Part shown: in pieces, positions 29,073 through 39,955 of the stretch | How the letters are laid out: every line of letters starts with the position of its first letter | Position numbering within the stretch: the first letter of the stretch is position 1 | NCBI GenBank assembly: GCA_003133125.1 | Contig: PKZO01000009.1 | Span: 322-50,535 of the forward strand | Reading direction: 5' to 3' | Origin: Acidimicrobiaceae bacterium | GTDB lineage: Bacteria; Actinomycetota; Acidimicrobiia; Acidimicrobiales; RAAP-2 | Length of the DNA: 50,214 bases | Notes under the pieces: model-generated | Told to the model about the DNA's origin: nothing | What the model saw: only the letters and a program-made list of their open reading frames with translations | Database searches by the model: none | Position numbers and translations under genes: made by a program

Positions 29073-29870
29073 ATGCCAACCTGCACCGACCCGTCTCCTC
29101 GAAGCGTGGTCGAAGCGCTGCGCGGCGACCGCGGAACACGTCCCCGAGCCGATCTCACCAGTGCTTCGGGTCTTCGCTTGATCCTCGAAGACGGCATCTT
29201 CGCGCTGCTGCACAACGTGCTGCCCGCGACGCCGATCGTTCTTCGTGCCTCGTCGCTGCGCCAACTGGGTCCCAGCACCGACATCTCGGAGTCGGCTCAC
29301 GCGCGAGTGCGCGGAATCCTGGTCAACCACGTCCTTCGACTCTTGAGCGTAGGAGCAGCGATCACCGACCCTTTTGAAGACGCCTTGCGCGCGTGGCGCT
29401 TGGAAGTGGAATCGGGCGAACTTCTCGACTTCGTCGAGCGTCTCCAGGCCGACGACCTCGCGCGCCTCGCGACCGACGTGACGGCGCATTCGGTGACCCT
29501 GATGCGATCGCTCGGGCCGGTGAACCACTACTGGCTCCCGCGCAGCGCGATGCGCGCGACCCAGATGCTCTGTGGAGGTTCGGTGATACTGCGTGACGTC
29601 ATCGACCTGATGGTCGGCACGACCGTCGGCGAGTTCGCGAGCGTGGCGCTCTTTGACGTGACGACCTCCCCTCTCGGTGAAGGTGCGGAGCGCGCCTTGC
29701 GTTACCACGCGCTTGTCCAAACCTTGCGCAGTGGCGTCGTGCCGCTACGCACCTCGTGCTTCTCGACCGCGACCGCCGAGATGTGGTCACTCGACGTCGA
29801 TGGCGAACTCCTCACGCGAAGCGCCGACGAGGTCCTTTGCGCGCTCGCAAACATCACCTCGCACGCATGA
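29073..29870 (+). CDS. Degenerate RecB-like PD-(D/E)XK nuclease-fold protein A
   Basis: ARVRGILVNH, VILRDVIDLMVG (motif II), VALFDVTTS (D-x-K Lys replaced by Thr), LRYHALVQTLRSGVVP (QxxxY-like motif). Confidence 0.6.
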   Translation: MPTCTDPSPRSVVEALRGDRGTRPRADLTSASGLRLILEDGIFALLHNVLPATPIVLRASSLRQLGPSTDISESAHARVRGILVNHVLRLLSVGAAITDPFEDALRAWRLEVESGELLDFVERLQADDLARLATDVTAHSVTLMRSLGPVNHYWLPRSAMRATQMLCGGSVILRDVIDLMVGTTVGEFASVALFDVTTSPLGEGAERALRYHALVQTLRSGVVPLRTSCFSTATAEMWSLDVDGELLTRSADEVLCALANITSHA

Positions 29871-30667
29871 CGACCTTCAACTTTCGCCGCAACACGGCGC
29901 GTGAACTCAACGAACTGGTGCGAGACGCACCCGTAGGCGTTTCGCTCACCGACGACCATCGACGCAGTCTCTCGGCTCGGTTCCGTGCGGTCTCCTCGGC
30001 CGGTCGCCGTCGTCTTGACGCCTGGTCGGTCGAGCAGGCGGGCCAGCCCTCGTCGGGCTTTCATTGGACGCCCGCCACCGCACGGCGGCTGCTCGGTAAC
30101 GGGGCCATGCGTCGAATGGTGCGCCAATCGATTTCACCGTCTGAAGCGGTCAGCGACGAGATCGAGGACCAGTTGTTGCGCTGCGCGTCGGGTTACGCGC
30201 GCGCCGGTTCGCTGGCGTACTGGCTCGCCTCGCGCAGCGCGAGCGAAATCGCCCTCGTCAGTGCCGAAGCGACCAATTGGGCGGTCCAGGTCCACGAGAT
30301 CGCCCAGGGGCTCGAGCGCGAGTGGCGCGTGGCGGCGAGTGACGCGTTCTATGACGTCGCGAGCGCACGCACGTCACTGCGCGCGCGCCGCGACCTCGAG
30401 GTGCCCAGCGTCGAAGGTCGCGTGGTGCTTCGCGTGCGATCGGGCAGCCCCGGCAAGAGTGCCGGACCGGGACTGCGAAGCGACCTCACGATCGACACGC
30501 TGGCGGACCCCCAAGGTGTCGCGCCTCGGCGTTTCATTGGCGTATGGCCCGAAGCTGGCGTGATGTTGAGCGTCGACGGTACGATGGACGATCTTCGCGC
30601 GGGCGCTAGGGATTTGGTGCGTACCGCGGTCGTCAGTGAACGACGACGCCTCCAAAAAGCCGCATAG
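29867..30667 (+). CDS. Degenerate PD-(D/E)XK nuclease-fold protein B (distant paralog of A)
   Basis: ATGA overlap with A; FHWTPATARR, SLAYWL, TSLRARRDLEV, VVLRVRSG, PRRFIGVWPEAG. Confidence 0.5.
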   Translation: MTTFNFRRNTARELNELVRDAPVGVSLTDDHRRSLSARFRAVSSAGRRRLDAWSVEQAGQPSSGFHWTPATARRLLGNGAMRRMVRQSISPSEAVSDEIEDQLLRCASGYARAGSLAYWLASRSASEIALVSAEATNWAVQVHEIAQGLEREWRVAASDAFYDVASARTSLRARRDLEVPSVEGRVVLRVRSGSPGKSAGPGLRSDLTIDTLADPQGVAPRRFIGVWPEAGVMLSVDGTMDDLRAGARDLVRTAVVSERRRLQKAA

Positions 30668-30705
30668 ACCGAGGTTCAACTCGTTCCTAGTAGCGTGGTA
30701 AGGCC

Positions 30706-32523
<1,818 letters not shown>

Positions 32524-32546
32524 AGGCCGTCAACTAGGATTGTCCC

Positions 32547-32634
32547 GGAGGGATGACAGAGCGGCCGAATGTACCGGTCTTGAAAACCGGCGTGGGCTTG
32601 CCCACCGTGGGTTCAAATCCCACTCCCTCCGCCA
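32547..32634 (+). tRNA. tRNA-Ser(TGA)
   Basis: GGAGGGA acceptor, CCGGT-CTTGAAA-ACCGG anticodon arm, long variable arm, GGTTCAAATCC, GCCA end; TAGGAT-N6 upstream. Confidence 0.96.
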
Positions 32635-32675
32635 GGGTTACCATTTCGAAGCGTGTCAGAATCGCGAACGAACGT

Positions 32676-33419
32676 TCAGCGAATGCCCAGTTCCTTCGCC
32701 CATTGGCGTACGCATTGCGCGAAGAACTCGTCGCGTTCGCCGGGTCCTTCACCAACGACGTTCTGTAACTGACCAAAGAGCTCGAAGGACACCATGCCGT
32801 AGAGGGCGACCCAGACCATCAGGGCCTGGTGGATCAGAGCGGTCGGAAACTCTGACGCGATTGCCTGGCGAAGGGGCTCGAGTGAAGAGTCGAGAGTCGC
32901 GCTGACGCGTTCGTTCTTGAGTTCCTCACTCACCCGGTCGCCTCGCACCGCGTCGACCAGTATCGCCCCGAGCACCAACGAGACCCGACTCGCCGGACCA
33001 ATCGTGTCCGCCGGAGCGACGTATCCGGGTACGGGCGAACCGTAGATGAGGGCCCACTCGTGAGGATTGGCGAGCGCCCAGCGACGAACCGCGTCGCACG
33101 TGGCGCCAAAGCGTCCGATCAGGTCCTCGCGCGCGACGCTCGATTCGGCGTCCTCGGCACTCTCGCCCAGTGCGTTGTAAGCGTCGACGATCAGCCAGGT
33201 CAACAGGTCGTCGCGACTCGTCACGTAGCGGTAGACGGCCGAGGAGGTCATGCCAAGTTCACGCGCGATCGCTCGAAGGCTCAACGAGGGTGCTCCTTCG
33301 CTCGCCAAGTGCCGACGTGCGGCGGCGAGGATCTCGCCCTTGATCTCCACTCGCGCCCGGTCCCGGGCGGTGCGTGGCGCCGAAGAGGGCTGATCAGCCG
33401 GGGTTTCCTTGTTGTCCAC
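32676..33419 (-). CDS. TetR/AcrR family regulator with WHG-type C-terminal domain
   Basis: LSLRAIARELGMTSSAVYRYV HTH, ALIYGSPVPGY.AP, WVALYGMVSFELFG; start uncertain (33419 or 33434). Confidence 0.9.
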   Translation of the reverse strand: MDNKETPADQPSSAPRTARDRARVEIKGEILAAARRHLASEGAPSLSLRAIARELGMTSSAVYRYVTSRDDLLTWLIVDAYNALGESAEDAESSVAREDLIGRFGATCDAVRRWALANPHEWALIYGSPVPGYVAPADTIGPASRVSLVLGAILVDAVRGDRVSEELKNERVSATLDSSLEPLRQAIASEFPTALIHQALMVWVALYGMVSFELFGQLQNVVGEGPGERDEFFAQCVRQWAKELGIR

Positions 33420-33438
33420 GAGCCATTCTGACACAGTT

Positions 33439-33482
33439 TAGAGCGCCGAGTATTTTTTAGAGCACTGCTCTTGTATTAGAGC
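33439..33482. promoter_or_regulatory. Putative TetR operator array
   Basis: Palindrome AGAGCA-C-TGCTCT (33459-33471); TAGAGC at 33439, 33458 and 33477 (19-bp period) between divergent genes. Confidence 0.65.
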
Positions 33483-33548
33483 AGTAGTCATGTTATGGTG
33501 GCTCGAGCGAACGAGATGCCGCAATGGTGGTTCGCCAAAGGAGGCTTC

Positions 33549-34547
33549 ATGTCACGTTCCCCGAGTTCCCCAGTCCACCTCGTCGTGGGTTCAGGCCCGA
33601 TCGGCCGTGCCGTCGCGAGGCGCCTACTCGACCAGGGCGCGCGGGTGAAGGTCGTTACGCGATCTGGCACCGGCCCAGAGGGTTGCGAACTAGTCAGTGC
33701 CGACGCGAGTGACCCGAAGGTCATGGCCACGATCTGTGAAGGGGTTGCGGTCCTCTACAACTGCGTGAACCCGCCCTACCACCGATGGGCGACGGACTGG
33801 CCGCCGATCAACCGCTCGCTGCTCGGTGCCGCGACGAGCAGTGGTGCGGTGCTCGTGACGATCTCGAACCTCTACGGCTACGGCCCCGCCACCGCCTCAC
33901 TTGGCTGGCCGAGCTACGACCGCGACCACCCGATGACCGAGGGCACCCCACTCGCCGCTCGCGGGACCAAGGGCCAGGTTCGCGCACGCATGTGGCACGA
34001 GCAGCGAAGCGCCTTCGAGACCGGAGAAGCGAACGTCGTCGAACTTCGAGCCGCGGACTTCATCGGTCCCCGAGCCGACAGCGTCGTGGGCAAGCGCTTC
34101 GTGCCAGTCGTGCTCAAGGGCAAGTCCACGATGACGGTCGGTGACCCCAACGTCGCCCACACGTTCACCTACACCGAGGACGTCGCGCGTCTCGCGGTCC
34201 TCGTGGGCGCCGATCCTCGGGCGTGGGGCAAGGCCTGGCACGTGCCGTCGAATGAGCCGCGCACCCAACAAGAAGTAGCCAACGACGTCAGCACGTTCGC
34301 GGGCGCCAAGCACGTGCGCGTCCGGGGCCTTCCCTCGCCCATACTCAACGTGCTCGGACTCTTCTCGCGCCAGATGCGCGAACTTCGAGAGACCGAATAC
34401 CAGTTCCGCGACGACTTCGTGATGGACTCGTCGCTCGCTCAATCCACGTTCGACGTGGCACCGACCCCCTGGTCCGACGTGATCGCCAACACCGTGCGCT
34501 CCTACGCTCTCTCGAGCGAGCACCAGTTGAACGAGAGCGTCCGATGA
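33549..34547 (+). CDS. NAD-dependent epimerase/dehydratase (atypical SDR)
   Basis: VVGSGPIG, YNCVNPPY, NLYGYG, RAADFIGP, HTFTYTEDVAR; AAAGGAGG SD. Confidence 0.9.
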   Translation: MSRSPSSPVHLVVGSGPIGRAVARRLLDQGARVKVVTRSGTGPEGCELVSADASDPKVMATICEGVAVLYNCVNPPYHRWATDWPPINRSLLGAATSSGAVLVTISNLYGYGPATASLGWPSYDRDHPMTEGTPLAARGTKGQVRARMWHEQRSAFETGEANVVELRAADFIGPRADSVVGKRFVPVVLKGKSTMTVGDPNVAHTFTYTEDVARLAVLVGADPRAWGKAWHVPSNEPRTQQEVANDVSTFAGAKHVRVRGLPSPILNVLGLFSRQMRELRETEYQFRDDFVMDSSLAQSTFDVAPTPWSDVIANTVRSYALSSEHQLNESVR

Positions 34548-35134
34548 CCACCCTGGACCACGAATGCGCCGAAGTTCCCTCGTTCGAGCACGCGAGCGCC
34601 GTGGCGCAGTGGCGCCAGCGGGTGTTGCTCGTGGGCGGGGGCTTTCAGGTCGTCTTTGGTGCCTGGTGGCTGGTGAGGGCACTGGCCCCGCTCACCTCAG
34701 CCCTCGTGGCATTCGTTCTCGGCGTACTCATCGTGCTCGGCGCGGCTGCGGTCACCACGAGTTTGCTCTCGAGTGCACCGAGGCCCCGGGGAACCGAAGC
34801 GCGTCGCATCGAGCGGCGTCTCAGTCTGGCGACGCTGGTCCAACTCGCGGCGTCGGTTCTCGTCCCCTGGGGCCTTGGCGCGCTCGGCTGGCAGCGCCTG
34901 AGCATTCCCTTTGTCATGGCGACGATCGCGCTACTGCTCGTTTGGATCCACCACGAAGTGGCCGCACCGTTTCAAGCAACGGCGGGAGTGCTCTTGCTCG
35001 TGCTCGCCGTCGCGGATGTCGCCCTTTCGGGAAAGGCTCAATCAGTTGTCGCCGGGCTCGGCTCGGCGAGCGTGCTGCTCACGTGCGCGAGCCTTGGCTA
35101 CCACTGGCTCGAGCACCACGGACTAGAGAGCTAG
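34544..35134 (+). CDS. Hypothetical membrane protein (about 6 TM)
   Basis: Hydrophobic segments; ATGA overlap with the epimerase. Confidence 0.75.
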   Translation: MTTLDHECAEVPSFEHASAVAQWRQRVLLVGGGFQVVFGAWWLVRALAPLTSALVAFVLGVLIVLGAAAVTTSLLSSAPRPRGTEARRIERRLSLATLVQLAASVLVPWGLGALGWQRLSIPFVMATIALLLVWIHHEVAAPFQATAGVLLLVLAVADVALSGKAQSVVAGLGSASVLLTCASLGYHWLEHHGLES

Positions 35135-36045
35135 GTGCGCACCCGCGAGCGGATCGACGCGATCCACGTGCTCGCTGACTTTCGCGCCTCGCCCACCTCT
35201 TCGCGACGGTCCTCGGCGCCTGCACCCGTCACCGGGTACGAGCCCAGGAACTTGACCCGGGTGAGGTGGGCCTGTAAGTCCGCCAGGCAGTCCGCGACGA
35301 CGTCGTCGGCGACGTGACCCTCGAACTCCATGACGAAGCAGTAGTCACCGAGGCCCTGCTTGGTCGGACGACTCTCGAGCTTGGTCAGGTTGATGTCGCG
35401 AGCGGCGAATCGTCCCAGGATCGCGTAGAGCGAACCGGGGTGGTTCGCGTCTTGAAAGCAGACAATGGACGTGCGGTCGTTTCCGGTGGGCGACGCAATC
35501 GCGTCACGACCCACGAGGATGAAGCGAGTGGCGTTGTCTGGATGGTCCTCGATGTTCTGGGCGATCGCCTCGAGACCAAAGAGGTCCGCCGCCACCAGTG
35601 ATCCCACCGCCGCCCACGGCTCGTTCGAGGAGGCGACGTCGCGCGCCGCCTGGGAGGTCGACGTGGTCTGTATGGTCGTGGCGAGGGGCAGCGTCGCCAC
35701 GTACCCTCGGCACTGCTCGAGTGCGTGCACGTAACTGAGGACCTTGGTCACCTCAGCGGGGCTCACGCCCGGCCTCGCGAGCAGGTGCAAATGGATCGGC
35801 AACACGATCTCGCGCTCGATGACCAGTTCGTGGTCAAAGACGAGTCCGTCGATGCTCGCAGACACCGTTCCTTCGATGGCGTTTTCGAGCGGCACGAGAC
35901 CAAGCTCGAGGGTACCGTTGGCGACGCTCGCCAAGACCTCGGGAATCGAGCCGCACGCGACCGCCTCGACGTTCTCCAGTTTCGCCGCGGCCTCGTGAGA
36001 GAACGAACCCTCGGGTCCAAGAAAACCAACGCGCGCTAGTGCCAT
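35131..36045 (-). CDS. pheA: Prephenate dehydratase
   Basis: FLGPEGSFS, VPLENAIEG, NATRF, INLTKLESRP, KFLGSYP. Confidence 0.96.
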   Translation of the reverse strand: MALARVGFLGPEGSFSHEAAAKLENVEAVACGSIPEVLASVANGTLELGLVPLENAIEGTVSASIDGLVFDHELVIEREIVLPIHLHLLARPGVSPAEVTKVLSYVHALEQCRGYVATLPLATTIQTTSTSQAARDVASSNEPWAAVGSLVAADLFGLEAIAQNIEDHPDNATRFILVGRDAIASPTGNDRTSIVCFQDANHPGSLYAILGRFAARDINLTKLESRPTKQGLGDYCFVMEFEGHVADDVVADCLADLQAHLTRVKFLGSYPVTGAGAEDRREEVGEARKSASTWIASIRSRVRT

Positions 36046-36145
36046 TGGAGGATTGTACTTCGCCCTCGAATTACGACTCGCGGCCTCCTTAGCTTGCGCC
36101 GATAGTGCCTACGATGGCAAGGGACCAATTTGAAGGACGAGGGCC

Positions 36146-37513
36146 ATGGGCCAGCACATGTTTGAATTCGACGAGCAACTCGCCCAGGCGGTCTTCGCGT
36201 ATTGTCGCGACCGGCTGACCCATCCGGTGCCGCTGGACTTCGGTGGGCTCGCCGTCGAGGAACTGCCCGACCTCCAAGGACTCATCAACCATCACGGCAA
36301 CAACCCCGAGGAGATCCTCGCGTTCTTCAAGGACCGCATCGCTGCGCACGTGATCTCGTGCGACTCACCGGGGTTCCTCGCGTTCATCCCCAACGCTCCC
36401 ACCAAGAACTCGCTGCTCTTTGACATGGTCGTAGCGTGCTCGGGACTGAACGGCACGAGCTGGCTCGAATCCGCGGGCGCCGTGGTGCTCGAGAACCAGG
36501 CGCTCGAGTTCCTCGCCGACCAGGCGGGCCTGCCCGCCCACGCGGGCGGCGCCTTCGTCTCGGGAGGCTCGATGGGCAATCTCTCGAGTCTCACGGTCGG
36601 ACGCGACATCGGTCGCGCCAAGCGGCCAGAGTTCGCTCCCCACCAGGTGCGTTTCGCCGTCTCCCAGGACGCGCATTCGAGTATCGGCAAGTCACTGCAC
36701 GTCCTGGGGATCGAGGCGCTCGTGGTCGAGTGCGACGACCACCGCTTCACCAGAGCGCGCCTCGAGGCCGCGATGGCCAATGATCCCCTCGCCGACAACG
36801 TGGTGGGTGTGGTGGCGACCGCGGGGACGACCAACGCGGGCATCGTCGACGACCTCGAGGGTCTGGGCACGTTCGCGCGAGAGAACGACCTCTGGTACCA
36901 CGTCGATGGAGCCTACGGCGGCGCCGCGTTGTTCTCACCTTCCCAACGCCACCTCTTCTCGGGAATGCGCCACGCCGACAGCTTCATCGTCGATCCACAT
37001 AAGTGGCTCTACGCACCGCTGGACTGCTGCGCGCTGCTTTATCGTAATCCGACGACCGCACGAAAGATCCTCGCCCAACAGGCGGGCTACCTCGACGTTC
37101 TGCACGACAACGAGGACGAGAACTACGAGTGGAACCCCTCGGACTTCGCGATCCATCTCTCACGTCGCGCGCGCGGGCTCGCCTTCTGGTTCTCGCTGGT
37201 GACCAACGGCGTGGGCGCCTACGAGGATGCCGTCGAGGCGTCGATCGACATCACCAACCGTGCCGCTGCGCTCATTAAAGAGATGGACTACCTCGAACTG
37301 GTCCGTCCAGCGAGCCTCTCGATTGTGTTGTTCCGACGCCTCGGTTGGGACGCCGAGCGCTACGGCGCGTGGAGCCAACAACTCCTGCGCGATCAGATCG
37401 CCTTCGTGACCCCGACCAAGTGGGAGGGCGAGACCGTGGCGCGCCTCGCGTTCCTACACCCCGACACCAGCGAGGAACTCGTGGTTCGGATCCTTGAATC
37501 AATGCGCGACTAG
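36146..37513 (+). CDS. Group II PLP-dependent amino-acid decarboxylase
   Basis: FVSGGSMGN, AHSSI, ATAGTTNAG..D, HVDGAYGG, DPHKWLYAP. Confidence 0.92.
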   Translation: MGQHMFEFDEQLAQAVFAYCRDRLTHPVPLDFGGLAVEELPDLQGLINHHGNNPEEILAFFKDRIAAHVISCDSPGFLAFIPNAPTKNSLLFDMVVACSGLNGTSWLESAGAVVLENQALEFLADQAGLPAHAGGAFVSGGSMGNLSSLTVGRDIGRAKRPEFAPHQVRFAVSQDAHSSIGKSLHVLGIEALVVECDDHRFTRARLEAAMANDPLADNVVGVVATAGTTNAGIVDDLEGLGTFARENDLWYHVDGAYGGAALFSPSQRHLFSGMRHADSFIVDPHKWLYAPLDCCALLYRNPTTARKILAQQAGYLDVLHDNEDENYEWNPSDFAIHLSRRARGLAFWFSLVTNGVGAYEDAVEASIDITNRAAALIKEMDYLELVRPASLSIVLFRRLGWDAERYGAWSQQLLRDQIAFVTPTKWEGETVARLAFLHPDTSEELVVRILESMRD

Positions 37514-38520
37514 CGGTCCTTGAGCAGCGGGTCACTTGGATCGCGCACGACCTCGCCGCGCAGTGACTTCTCGCGCCAAGCAACGCCACCGAGCACCTCG
37601 AGCACCACGCGATTGGCGAGGTACGCCGTGATCTCAGCTTGGTCGTAGGGCGGCGACACCTCAACGACGTCCATACCCGCGAGCGGCACCCACATGGCGA
37701 TGCGGCGCACCGCGTCGAGCAACTGACGACTGGTGAGCCCGCCGGGCTCGGGCGTGCCCGTACCGGGGGCCGACCCCGGATCGACCACGTCCACGTCCAC
37801 CGAGAGAAACACGGCGTCACAGTCGTCCAGGGCGATCGTGATCACTTCGTCGAGCACGGCGTCGAGGCCTCGGCGCACGATCTCGGACATCTCGAAGGAT
37901 CGCATGCCCTGCTCGCTCATCCAGTGCAGCGTCTCGGGTTCGGGCCAGTACCCGCGAAGGCCCACCTGCAGGAAACGGTCGCCGCGACAGGCGCCCGACT
38001 CGATGAGACGACGCATGGGCGTACCGTGACCGTAGAGCGAGCCGAACTGGCTGTCGCCGGTGTCGGCGTGCGCGTCGAAGTGGATTACCGACACCCGACC
38101 CCAACCCACGTGGTGGGCGACACCCGTGACGTCGGGCAGGGCAATGGTGTGGTCACCACCGAGCACGATCGGCAGGACGCCTCGGGACGCGACAAGGGTG
38201 ACGAGTTTTTCGAGGGCCGCGAGTGAACGCTCGATCTCACCCGAAGGCATCAACACGTCGCCCAGGTCCACGACACCCAGGTCCACCAGCGGGTCCACGC
38301 CCAGGGCGAGACTCGGGCGCGAGCCGTCCTGGGGCAGGTAGTCAGTGGTGCGTATCGCCTGGGGACCAAACCGACAGCCCGACCGATGCGAGGTGCCACC
38401 GTCGAAGGGCGCGCCAATCAGCGCGGCGCGCGCGCTGGCCCACTGCTCGGGTTCGTCGGGGTCACCCGCCGGTACGCCGAGGAACGTGACGTCGGGTCCG
38501 TACATGTTGCCCAGGCGCAT
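37510..38520 (-). CDS. speB: Agmatinase / ureohydrolase family
   Basis: RFGPQAIR, GGDHTI, HFDAHAD, HGTP, SVDVDVVDP..APGTGTPEPGG; exact guanidino substrate uncertain. Confidence 0.85.
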   Translation of the reverse strand: MRLGNMYGPDVTFLGVPAGDPDEPEQWASARAALIGAPFDGGTSHRSGCRFGPQAIRTTDYLPQDGSRPSLALGVDPLVDLGVVDLGDVLMPSGEIERSLAALEKLVTLVASRGVLPIVLGGDHTIALPDVTGVAHHVGWGRVSVIHFDAHADTGDSQFGSLYGHGTPMRRLIESGACRGDRFLQVGLRGYWPEPETLHWMSEQGMRSFEMSEIVRRGLDAVLDEVITIALDDCDAVFLSVDVDVVDPGSAPGTGTPEPGGLTSRQLLDAVRRIAMWVPLAGMDVVEVSPPYDQAEITAYLANRVVLEVLGGVAWREKSLRGEVVRDPSDPLLKDR

Positions 38521-38575
38521 CAAGGTCCTTACTCGTGGTCTCGTCCATTATCACCCAGATCGCTTCGACGGCGCG

Positions 38576-39481
38576 CTAACTGCCGCGGCGAAAGCGTCCG
38601 TCAAAGGCTCGCAGTAACGATCCCTCGAGTTCGTCCTCGTGATTCGTGAGCAGAGAAACGTGCCCTTCGTCGGGCTTGTGCACCTTGATCGCCGTCGCCA
38701 GGTGCTCGACCAGCCACTGTCCGTGCGACGAAGGCACCATCAGGTCATGGTCACCGAACCAGACGAACACCGGTACCGCTATCTGGGTGGGATCAAATCC
38801 CCAGGACTGAAAGAACGCACGGTCATCGTCAAAGAAACCGAAGTAACCCTGCACGAACGCGTGAGCGCACGCCTCAGCGAGGACGACACGTGCCTGGTGT
38901 TCGACGAGCGCCACCTTGTCGACCTCGGACAAGAGCCCACCGAAGAGCTCGACAATGTTCTCGGGCGTCGAAGCGGCGAAGCGCTCGCCGTCGCGCATGA
39001 CGTGAGCCTCGTACTCGGATCCACCCTCGAGCGCGAGGGAGAACTCCTCGAGATTCTCCGGGCCCATGCCCTCGGTCCAATCGATGCCCGCGTCGAGCGG
39101 CACGACGCCGGCAAGCGACCAGGCGGCCAAGCACCGCGGTGCGTCGAGCGCCGCGCACGCCAGCGCGTGCGGACCTCCCCCCGACCAACCCACCGCCACG
39201 TAGTCCTCGCGTCCGAGTACGTCGAGGACCGTCGTCACGTCAGCGACGACCGACGAGATCGTGCGACCCTCGAGCCGACTGGACAGTCCGTAACCCGCCC
39301 GTGAGAAGGTAACGAAAAACAGGGAGGACTGGTCGGCGATCTTCTCGAAATAGTTGACCAACTTCACCGATCCCGGCGTGCCGTGGTGAAAGACGACGGT
39401 CAAGCCACTTGGGTCGCCCAACGTAGCGACCTCGAGTTGGCGTCCGTCAAGGGTCGTGACCAACTGTTCGTGGTAGCTCAT
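38576..39481 (-). CDS. Alpha/beta fold hydrolase
   Basis: HHGTPGS, GWSGGGPHA nucleophile elbow, D.MVP..H, EGH. Confidence 0.9.
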   Translation of the reverse strand: MSYHEQLVTTLDGRQLEVATLGDPSGLTVVFHHGTPGSVKLVNYFEKIADQSSLFFVTFSRAGYGLSSRLEGRTISSVVADVTTVLDVLGREDYVAVGWSGGGPHALACAALDAPRCLAAWSLAGVVPLDAGIDWTEGMGPENLEEFSLALEGGSEYEAHVMRDGERFAASTPENIVELFGGLLSEVDKVALVEHQARVVLAEACAHAFVQGYFGFFDDDRAFFQSWGFDPTQIAVPVFVWFGDHDLMVPSSHGQWLVEHLATAIKVHKPDEGHVSLLTNHEDELEGSLLRAFDGRFRRGS

Positions 39482-39523
39482 GAAGACGAACTTACCCCGA
39501 GCAAAGGGACCTACGCTGAGGGA

Positions 39524-39955
39524 ATGTCCACCGACCGGATCGTGAGCACGTCACGGATCATCCCCGCGCCAGCCCAGGTGATCTTCAACCTGTTGGCGGA
39601 CCCGCGCGAGCACAGCACCTTTGACGGCTCGGGCAGCGTGGTGCGCGTGCGCAAGGGACCCGAGCGGCTGTACCTGGGCGCGAAGTTCTCGATGGACATG
39701 AAGCTCGGCCTCGCGTATTTCGTCAGCAACAAAGTGGTCGCCTTCGAAGAGAACAAGTGCATCGCCTGGCACCACTTCGCTCAGTTCGTCTGGCGTTACG
39801 ACCTCGAAGAGGTACCCGGGGGTACCAAAGTCACCGAGTCCTTCAACTACGACAAGCCGTGGGCGTTCACCGTCACGCTCTCGCACAAGGAGAAATCCAA
39901 CCTGCGCGACATGGCCGCCACCCTCGAACGGATCGAGTCCATCGTCACGGCGTGA
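39524..39955 (+). CDS. SRPBCC/START-like protein
   Basis: SRIIPAPAQVIFNLLADP..H..FDGSG, WRYDLEEVPGGTKVTESF; TACGCT-N6-ATG. Confidence 0.85.
   Translation: MSTDRIVSTSRIIPAPAQVIFNLLADPREHSTFDGSGSVVRVRKGPERLYLGAKFSMDMKLGLAYFVSNKVVAFEENKCIAWHHFAQFVWRYDLEEVPGGTKVTESFNYDKPWAFTVTLSHKEKSNLRDMAATLERIESIVTA

Noticed and set aside
32547-32634. tRNA with TGA in the anticodon loop as a selenocysteine or suppressor tRNA
   Set aside because: Anticodon TGA reads UCA (Ser); tRNA-Sec would have TCA
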